NCBI RefSeq assembly: GCF_006345805.1
Contig: NW_021836473.1
Coordinates: forward strand, 1-24,060
Length of the DNA stretch: 24,060 bases
From: Octopus sinensis
Taxonomy: Eukaryota
Direction of reading: 5' to 3'
Shown here: positions 12,648 to 21,420 of the stretch, in pieces
Layout: each line of letters starts with the position of its first letter
Position numbering within the stretch: the first letter of the stretch is position 1
The notes under the pieces: generated by a model
What the model saw: only the letters and a program-made list of their open reading frames with translations
The model's database searches: none
What the model was told of the DNA's origin: nothing
Made by a program: the position numbers and the translations under genes

Positions 12648-13270
12648 GGCAGCAGCATTATCGCCGACGCCTCAATCCTAGTCGTGACCTTCCTCATTAT
12701 TGCCTTCTCTGAAACTGAAATCAAGGAAAAACATTCTCGTAATTATCTTTATGGCTTTTGCTTTGGGGATCAAAGTTGACATGAGATTTTAATTGCCACG
12801 AACATCGGATCATTTTACATTGTCATTGTCGCCGTTGACGTCATCATCATCGTCACCACCGCCACCACTACCACCACCACCACCATCATCACCACCACCA
12901 CCATTACCGTCACCATCATCATTATCATCATCCCATTCTTATCATCATCATCATCGTCGTCATCTTCATCATCGTCTATTTCTTCGTCTTCTTCATTCCC
13001 CACCATCACCACCACCACCACCACCATCACCAACATCATCATCATCGTCACCTTCATCATCGTCTATTTCGTCTTCTTCATCCCCCACAATCACAACCAT
13101 CACCACCACCACAACCACCATAACCATCACCACCGATACCACCACCACCAACACCAAAAACAACAACGACAACTCTACCACCACCTTCATCAGTAACAGC
13201 AAGAACATCACTATAGCAAGAGTAGCGCCAACAGCCGACTGCGGCAGAGGCAACAACAACAACAATACAA
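12505..13270. repeat. Compound (CAC)/(CAT)/(CAG)/(AAC) trinucleotide low-complexity region
   Basis: Directly visible; includes a ~70-bp internal duplication (~12950-13020 vs ~13040-13110). Confidence 0.9.
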
Positions 13271-14170
13271 ATACAATCAACAACAAATAGAGCAACAGTT
13301 ACAATATCGACGCTGACGTCAGCAGGTATGCCGGGGACAATACTGACAACGGCGACGGCGAAGGTATACTTAGCAATTAGCAACATCAGATACAAAGAAG
13401 GCAACCACAAACCAACGCTCGACCTGCTTAGGAAAAAAGAAAGGAAAGGCTCGTGAAAGTATTTGATAGATGGAAACTGAAAGAAGCCCGTCATATGTAG
13501 ATCTATCTATAATACACACACACATGCATACACACACACACATATATAATACGTTAAAAGTCAGTTTGAATCTTGCTTGCTTGCATTGTTACTCAGCCAA
13601 ACTGACGCATAATGGGAAAATACTATGAATTAAGTTTACCATGAAATGTTAATACTAACGGAATGAAACAAGTTTCACGTAAATCAGTGAAGTGATTTTA
13701 GAGATATTAGAGATTTTCGGAGTATAAATACCCAAAACAGTGTATAATGGGAAAGCGTTCTGAAAATAATTTTCATCCTGAAAGGGAGGAAACTCTTATC
13801 TTTCTATTAGACAGTGAGTTGACAACGAAAAAATACGATTTTTTTTACAGTGAATGTTTCTATTTTCGCTTTTGTTAAACACAGTATCTTAATCGTTTAG
13901 AAATATTTTAAAGTGAATGTGATTTCAAAACTGTAAGTTGTTTTTACAGTAAGTATTTATATTTTAGCTTTCTTTAAACAGACAATATTTTGATATTCCT
14001 AAAAATTATTTTCAAGTGAATACCATAACAAAATTTTTTTTGGCATATTTAAAAATATTCTAAAGTGAAAATGACTCTAAAAATACTGTAAATATTTCGT
14101 AAAAGACCCGTTCGGACCTCAGTGTGAAATGTTTTTTTTTTTTTTAGTGCATTCAATGCATCTCACCTCC

Positions 14171-14289
14171 AAAGATTTGGCTGCTATTTCTTGCAATCCC
14201 TGCTGCCACGTAACAGCTATTTGCGATAAAGGACCCGAAATAGTTGTTACGTGGTAGCAGGGTATGCAATAAATAGCAGCTGAATCTTT
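14171..14289 (+). other. Long inverted repeat: 52-bp stem, 15-nt loop
   Basis: 14171-14222 pairs with 14238-14289, with 3 mismatched positions and 4 G-U pairs when read on the plus strand. Confidence 0.9.
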
Positions 14290-14418
14290 CCTTTTCTGGG
14301 GAAAGGGGCCGTTTGCACGTGATTTTGATGTCACATTCATTGAAAGCATGCGAAATCACCCGGAAAAGGAAGCAAAAACCCACGTAACAAAACTCCGTTG
14401 CTGGGAAAATTAAACTTT

Positions 14419-14455
14419 CCCGGTGATCCAACGGGTCACGGGTAGTCTAGTCTAG
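14419..14455 (+). mobile_element. Probable Helitron 3' terminus (5' end not located)
   Basis: GC-rich hairpin CCCGGTGATCCAACGGGTCACGGG followed by TAGTCTAGTCTAG|T. Confidence 0.6.
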
Positions 14456-14476
14456 TATATATATATATATCGTTCA

Positions 14477-14850
14477 AATTTACAGAAAACAAAAGACAAA
14501 GACAGATGAGGGAACATCAAGCAGGTGTATTAATTTAACGCTCGGAAAGAATGGAAAAGTCTTTGATGTTTCGAGCCTACGCTCTTCGACAGAATGTGTT
14601 GAGAGAGGAAAATAATGGGGAACGAAATATAAGAACGGTAAGCGAAATAAATGTGTATCGATTATCGGTGCAACATGATGAAATGACCACATAAATAGTT
14701 GAAATTTACAGAAAAATAATAGATGAAGGCAGGTGTATGAACAACAAGCAGGTGTATTTGTTTGACGCTCGGGAAAGTGAAAAAGTCTTTTATGTTTCGA
14801 GCTGACGCTCTTCAACAGAACAGGGTAAGAGAAAATAAACAGGAAGAGAA
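14477..14850 (-). mobile_element. Two diverged tandem ~226-bp units, probable PLE pseudo-LTR remnants, each with a hammerhead-like core
   Basis: Minus strand: CTGTCGA-A-GAGCGTAGGCTC-GAAACATC (14565-14592) and CTGTTGA-A-GAGCGTCAGCTC-GAAACATA (14791-14818); shared flanks; adjacent to (TA)n at 14456. Confidence 0.55.
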
Positions 14851-15039
14851 TAAAAAAAACTTCTGGATTTAGCGATCAAGCATAGCGACAAGTTGCGGGT
14901 AAAATGGCTGGATAGGAGAGGTAGAAAGAAGGGGAGATAATAAACGATGGGTGATCCAAAACGAAGGTGCATGTGTGTGTATGTGAGAATGTGTTTGTGT
15001 AAGTTACCACAACTATGTGTGTGTGGGGGGTACATACAT

Positions 15040-15210
15040 ATGATGGGCTTCTTTCAGTTTCTACCGAATCCACTCAGAAAGCTTTATTTAGTCAGCCTTG
15101 AACTATATAGTAGAGGATACTTCCTCAAGGTTTCTTCGCAGTGGGACTGAACCTAAGGCAATGTGGTTGAGAAACAAACTTCTTAATCGCACAGAGCCAC
15201 GCCTGTACCT
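15040..15210 (-). mobile_element. Old SINE family A 5' half
   Basis: GGGCTTCTTTCAGTTT...GCAGTGGGACTGAACC...AGCCACGCCTG is a diverged reverse-complement match to the family head. Confidence 0.8.
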
Positions 15211-15339
15211 GACAACAACTGGAAACATTTCCGACACCAGTTCACTGAGATCGAATCATCTGTTAAGTAACAACTACAACAAAATGCTTGCAGATATTTC
15301 GTCCGTTTTTATGTTCTTCAAATTCTGCTAAAACCTGAA

Positions 15340-15490
15340 ATCATTATTGGTTTCAGATTTTGCCACAAGACCAGCAATTTTAAGGGGAGGGGCCAAGTCG
15401 ATTAAATCTATCCCAGTGTTCAACTGATACTCATCTTATCGACCTCGAAAGGATAAAATGCAAAGTCGACCTTGGTTAAACTCAGCTCAC
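15340..15490 (-). mobile_element. Old SINE family B-related fragment
   Basis: TTATCGACCTCGAAAGGAT...CAAAGTCGACC matches the reverse complement of the 8526-8565 region. Confidence 0.7.
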
Positions 15491-15617
15491 CTTGTCAGTT
15501 TATAAGATTATCGTAGAAATCATACGCTGATTTTCTAATGGAAAAGGTAAAAATATTAATTATAATCCTTGTAAATTTATACATGTATATGTATACACAC
15601 ACACACACACACACACA

Positions 15618-15661
<44 letters not shown>

Positions 15662-15694
15662 ATATATTATATATATATATATATATTATATATA

Positions 15695-15957
15695 ACATAA
15701 GGGACGTTAGCCATCCGAATGTGGCTAGGGACAGGGCAGGGCGGTGGGGGTGTTACTGATGCATTTAGCCCCAGGCGATCATCAACGTCACCAGGAGGGC
15801 TGACGCCATCACGGCGTCCTCTAGCCTGCAAAGGGAGATCATTCCCCGAGAGAAGCGGATGCCACATACGGACCAAGGTTTCAAGGTGTTTGCCTATTAT
15901 CAACGTATGGCAGGCACCGCCCCTCAGCCACATTCGGATGGCTAACGTCCCTTATGT
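15695..15957. mobile_element. MITE with perfect TIRs and TA target-site duplication
   Basis: 15692-15726 (ATAACATAAGGGACGTTAGCCATCCGAATGTGGCT) is the exact reverse complement of 15926-15960. TA at 15693-15694 and 15958-15959; GC-rich interior. Confidence 0.85.
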
Positions 15958-16023
15958 TATGGAGCAGTTACTGTCTATATCTCGTTTAGAGAATTATTAT
16001 TGCTATATATATATATATATATA

Positions 16024-16190
16024 CTTTATTTAAAGCAGCAGAAAATTCACAAAACCTGTTACTCTGAGTTTCCCGTCGCCGTTCATCGGACAGTTTTTTG
16101 CTAGAATAAATAAAGCATATTACTCTACCACTGGTATTTGAGTACTCTTTTTTTCCACCTTGTTTCACATTTATGTGTTTACTCGGTATG
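16024..16190 (-). mobile_element. Short PLE pseudo-LTR-like fragment between two (TA)n tracts, with a degenerate hammerhead (16056-16093)
   Basis: Minus strand: CTGT-CCGATGA-ACG(GCGA)CGG-GAAACTCAGAGTA^ACAG. Stem I CUGU/ACAG pairs; the core has U4>C. Confidence 0.6.
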
Positions 16191-16230
16191 TATATATATA
16201 TATAATAATATATATATATATATAATATAT

Positions 16231-16290
<60 letters not shown>

Positions 16291-16291
16291 A
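16190..16291. repeat. (TA)n tract at the 3' boundary of the PLE
   Basis: Directly visible. Confidence 0.95.
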
Positions 16292-16442
16292 TTCAAAAAG
16301 CAATAAAGATTCAAGTTAATTTAAATGAATTTACTTGAATATGGTACCTAACTTAGATGCACCAAAAAAAACTATACTGTTTTAACAATACAGTAATGTG
16401 GGGTGATTATAAGCGAGAAAGAAGCAACAAGAATGGATAGGT

Positions 16443-16533
16443 TTTTAGTACAATCGTTTCATACAAGGACAGGCTTTATTAAAAGTTGTAAAAATTACAG
16501 CATATAAACGTGTCCCGTACTCATCAGCTAAAA
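16443..16533 (-). ncRNA. Type I hammerhead ribozyme
   Basis: Minus strand: UUUUAG-CUGAUGA-[60-nt stem II: GUACGGGACA...UGUCCUUGUAU]-GAAAC-GAUU-GUA^CUAAAA. Intact core, 6-bp stem I, predicted cleavage between 16449 and 16448. Confidence 0.85.
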
Positions 16534-17986
16534 TACATGTGAGTTCTCTAGACATCCTAGTGGTTGAGGCTATACTCATGAAGTAATGTAGATAATTAAG
16601 TAACATAAACAGATTTCCAAAGTTCATTAAAGTTCTTTAAAGATGATGTACAGTCTTATCATAGAATTTTAAAAAAGTTTTAATAGCATCACAGAGAAGG
16701 TGACCTAATCCATAGTGCACATATGAATTTCCAGAGATATGATGAGGGATTACATACTCACAGAAGACAAATTTATCCATTGTTAATCACAACGAGGTGG
16801 GTCTCAATTCCTGCTTATTAGCATTACAGAGAGGGTGAATTAATCCTTTGTATAGATGCACAATTTCCAATGGTGTAGATGTAAATTTCCAGAGAAATGA
16901 AGAGGAATTTCATATTCACAGGCGATAAATTTATCAATGGTTGAACACAATGAGGTAGGTATCAATTCTTGTTATATGATTAGGTATTTGCCACATTAAT
17001 CACATTACTGCTATTTACAAGAGGCTGTAGCTATTTAACTTTTAAAGGCTGAAGGCTTTCTAGAGAGGCAAAGAATAGAAAAGGGAAGGGAATAGAGAAA
17101 AGAGAGAAAATAAAGGAGGAGGGAGCAAAAAAAGGGGGGAAGGGGACTAAAAGAGAAGAGAAAAGGAAAAAGAGAATAAGAAGAAGAAAAAGAAAAAAGA
17201 GAAAAGAGACAGAAATAGGGAAAGAAGGGAAAAAAGAAAAAGAAAAAAAAGAGGGTTCTAGTTATACAGAAGAATTAGTAGACGGCAAGTCTGGTTTTAA
17301 TTTACAGGCATCTAGGAACTAGAGGAGAATATTATTCTTTGACCAGTAAAACAGCTAATTTATTGCTGTTGAAATCAGCTATGAATTTAAAGAGAATCTA
17401 AAGATAACACAGTCAGGGGTTTAGGGGTCAGATGCTAAAATCAAAGAAAATACATTAGGAAAATCTAAGTATAATCTTATCAAAAAGTCATTAAAATTTA
17501 CTTATTTAATTTATTCATTTTATTGTCTTAAGGAGTTGCCGTTATTTTCATACATTGACGGACTACAGGTCAAATCTTAGAAGATCATTTACAAGGTGTT
17601 AGGGGATTGTCTATCATAATGAAGATAATCATATTATCACCGAGGGGGTAGCCTTATTTATTTAATTTTGAAATAGAATTATGGGGCTATAGTAACTCAT
17701 TTTATTTTATTAGAGTTATGCTACTTAAATTAGATTAAGTTAGGAATTAAAATTAAAAATTACAATTAAGATTTAAAATTAAGAATTTAAAAATTATGAG
17801 TTTGAAATTAAATAAAGCCTCAATTAAGCAGCGTATAAGTACTATTCATTTCCCTGTTCTCAAAAAACTGATGCAGATATAAGGAAAAGATAACTGTAGT
17901 GTGAGAACTCTTAGTTATCTACTTAAAGCAGTGCTATACTAGTAGAAATCAAGTTATATCTATCTATCTAGTTACGAATATTCTAA

Positions 17987-20088
17987 TCATTTAAAATATT
18001 TTAAAGTCTTCAATTTAGCGTGGACACAAACTTGACCTAGTTCGATATGGTTATTCAATAATTTCTATGTTTTCTATGCTTTAGAATTTCATACGTCTCC
18101 ATGGAGCATAGTTGGCAACCAACCCTACTATTTTTATACGGAATTGCTCTCCTAACTATTTCCCAATTAAGGTTATAATTTTTATTATTATTTTTGAGTT
18201 CCCAGATTTTGTTTGAAAGTGTGGTGGTACCAGCTTTATGACGTAATTTAAAAGACGAGATGTGATTTCTAACTCTGGCTAGAAAATTAATTGTACATCC
18301 AATGTAAAGATATTTGTTATTCTCCGTGGATATGGTACATTTATAGATTACATTATTTTCCCCACATAGACCAGGTGCCGGGCATTTTGATTTTATTCTA
18401 CACTTACATACAGGAGGAACAACTTCAGGCTTTGGATTATTCTTGGGTAGATGTCTTAGGTTCCTATTATTTTGATTATCATTTCTATAGTTGGTGCTGA
18501 TATCTAAAGTATTGCTATTATTTATTGATCCTTCAGCTTCATCATTTAGGTCTAAAGTCCTACCATGATTTCTTATATTATTGGTAATGTTACTATTATT
18601 GTTAGTCTTTTTATCCGACTGCATATTGTTGTTATAAATATCACTGATATTTTCATTCTCCTTATTTTCTCCATTAGCCTTATATCTATTATTTCTATTA
18701 TTAACATTAATACTTCTATTAATATCGGCATTGTTATTATTACTATTAATGTTAATGTTATTAGTCATTCTGTGGTTACTAATTTCACCTATGTTTTGAT
18801 AGTTACTATTGCTGTTTTTATTGTTGGTAGTATTATTATAATTGCTATTGGTATTCATGCTGATATTATTATTTTTATTTCTATCTTTCCTGGCTAGTTT
18901 AATGTTTTATTATTAATCTTAGCTATTAAAGTGGACATATTTGGGAGGGTTGAATAAGAAATCCTAACTGTTTTCCTAGATATAATTCTATGATATCTAT
19001 GAGAGATAGGGAAATTTTTTTCCAGAATTACTTTGAATTTGTTCTGTATATCCGATTGTATCGCACAGTTGAAAGGAATATTCAGCCATAATATATCTTT
19101 TTTATTAAATTAGGGTTCGTAGAATACTTTATTCATCTCACCGAGTTATTGTATTTATTACCATTATTTTTATTTTTATTTGTGTGCATCTTAGGTTTAT
19201 CTACTTCAATATTATCCGAGTTACCTATGTTCTGGTCAATGCTTCTATTTGAATTGTTGGCCTGTACGCTAGATTAGCGTTTACCATTAATTTAATTCTA
19301 CTTTTATTTCGGGTTGGTCTGTATTGCTGCTTACGTGATTACTGATAACTTCATTATTAGGAATACGTGAGTTCCCCTTATCAACGAATGTAATCTTTTG
19401 GTTGTATCCAGCCTTAGTTAACGCCTCATTATAATGCTCAGAATGGGAGTTAAATATATCCTTATTGGATGATAATTTTGAAATTCTTAATGAAATATTT
19501 CTTACTAAAGATTCTATTATATTTGGGGGATGATTTGATAATTTATTTACGTAATTCGTGATTTCGCCTTCCTTTCTAAATGGGTAATGTAGCTTGGAGT
19601 TAAGGTCTAGCGTAATATCTAGGAAGTTAACTATTTTAGTGCCCGGTTCATACGTTATACTGAGGTTGAAATCCTTAAAGAACTTATTAATTTTCTTTCT
19701 AATCCTTTCTATAACAGATTTATTATTACTAGGGATAACAAACAGAGCATCATCCCTATATAGACCCCCCTGTATTTCTGGTATATCCTTGCTTATGCAT
19801 TTTAATAGATATGCGCCCACTAGGTTGGTTACCTCAGCCGAATCACTGGAACCCATTGTATATCAAAAAAATTAGGTGTATCTGCTCTAGTCCATAATTT
19901 ATCTTCAAATTCTATAAATGTCTTCCTAGCTAGTAGCACAATATTGATTTCTTCTCTAGATATGAGGGAGCGATTCATGGCAAATATTAGTGATTTGTTG
20001 AGTAAGATAGGGGAAATACTAGAGTAATAACTATTAATATCGAACTGAATAAAGGACAGACTACTAGTATTAGTTAGAGAGTTAAACC

Positions 20089-20089
<1 letters not shown>
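17987..20089 (-). pseudogene. PLE RT + GIY-YIG endonuclease ORF (~700 aa reconstructed), disrupted by six apparent 1-bp deletions and one TGA
   Basis: FIQFDINSYYSSIS (RT motif A), FDI[T]MGSSDSAEVTNLVG (B'), GLYRDD (C), ILWLNIPF...RKTVRISYSTLPNM, CKCRIKSKCPAPGLC, VIY...YIG...RVRNH...WEI...CQLC..E, and after a frameshift LLNNHIELGQVCVH, stop at 17987-17989. Confidence 0.9.
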
Positions 20090-20112
<23 letters not shown>

Positions 20113-20119
<7 letters not shown>

Positions 20120-20419
20120 AGAAAATAGTAAAGTGTGAAAAAACGACAGAAGGCTTAAATGTTAAAAAATATATATATTTGTGTCAAAATGTCTGGAGAA
20201 TATTGGAAAATTTTTTTCCTTTCCTTAAAATGACATAATTTAAAAATTTTAAAGAATTACCGGTTTCGCGTGTAGCTTTTCATAATTTTAAAATTATGTC
20301 ATTTTAAGGAAAGGAAAAAAATTTTTCCAATATTCTCCAGACATTTTGACACAAATATATATATTTTTAACATTTAAGCCTTCTGTCGTTTTTTCACACT
20401 TTACTATTTTCTTATATAT
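20113..20419. repeat. Fold-back inverted repeat, ~130-bp arms, ~45-nt spacer
   Basis: 20113-20241 is the reverse complement of ~20290-20419 except for two 1-nt homopolymer-length differences. Confidence 0.92.
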
Positions 20420-20754
20420 TCACCCACGTGCTTTACCAAACAAACTTTCTTATCTATATATATATATATATATATATAAGCCTGTATATGTCTATAGTTT
20501 GTATATGGGTTTGTATGTTTGTATGTCCTTTTATGTAAGTGAACGTGTATTTGCGCGTGGTTACGTACATCTTTCAACTCGAAAATCATCTGTTCTTCGA
20601 ACGAATTACCTTGTGATGCTTCTCTCTTTCAATCACTCCCTCCCCCCTCTCTCTCTCTTTCATATTCATACAGACACCTCGTTTACCCTGTCACTCGGAA
20701 ATCCTTTGAACTGGCGGTAAGACGATCCTTGTTGAAATCATGCGTAATGAAAGA

Positions 20755-20756
<2 letters not shown>

Positions 20757-20800
<44 letters not shown>

Positions 20801-20859
20801 TTATATTATTATTATATCATCATCATTATCATCATATCATCATCATCTCATCATCATCA

Positions 20860-20892
<33 letters not shown>

Positions 20893-20931
20893 TATTATAT
20901 TATCATCATCATCATCATTATCATCATCATC

Positions 20932-20983
<52 letters not shown>

Positions 20984-21030
20984 TATTATTACTATTATAT
21001 TATTATTATTATTATTATATTATTATTATT

Positions 21031-21062
<32 letters not shown>

Positions 21063-21200
21063 ATCATCATCATGTTCATCATTATTATTATTATTATTAT
21101 TATTATATCATCATCATCATCATCATATCATCATCATCATCATATCATCATCATCATCATTATTATTATTATTTATTATTATTATTATTATTATTATCTT

Positions 21201-21247
<47 letters not shown>

Positions 21248-21278
21248 TATTATTATTATTATTTTATTATTATTATTA

Positions 21279-21322
<44 letters not shown>

Positions 21323-21420
21323 ATTATTATTATTATTATTATATTGTTGTTGTTGTGTTGCTGTTGTTGTTGTTGTTGTTGTTATTATTATTATTATCAT
21401 TATTGTTATTATTATTATAT
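20757..21420. repeat. Compound (ATT)n/(ATC)n/(GTT)n microsatellite
   Basis: Directly visible; many single-base phase breaks. Confidence 0.95.

Larger units (their letters stand above)
16292..20090 (-). mobile_element. Penelope-like retroelement (EN+, C-terminal GIY-YIG; Hydra-clade-like), 5'-truncated
   Basis: RT and EN coding region 17987-20089, ~1.7 kb 3' region with a hammerhead, (TA)n at both ends. Confidence 0.9.

Noticed and set aside
12600-12712. Poly-His/Gln reading frame suggestive of a transcription-factor exon
   Set aside because: Ends in a stop, has no splice support and is continuous with the surrounding microsatellite.
13312-13330. Palindrome GCTGACGTCAGC (CRE-like) overlapping a CAG|GTATG donor-like site
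   Set aside because: Lies in decayed trinucleotide sequence; no matching acceptor, credible exon or promoter evidence.
17868-17922. Plus-strand CTGATGC...GGAAA plus AGATAACT/AGTTATCT hairpin
   Set aside because: Core mismatch (A9>C), no stem II, no valid cleavage triplet, and antisense to the element.
19133-19135. In-frame TGA in the PLE linker as possible selenocysteine (known in some Naiad PLEs)
   Set aside because: A single TGA in a low-complexity linker whose frame is itself uncertain; no SECIS identified; a nonsense mutation or sequencing error is simpler.
18291-19875. Plus-strand ORFs 18291, 18565 and 19594
   Set aside because: Antisense shadows of the PLE ORF.
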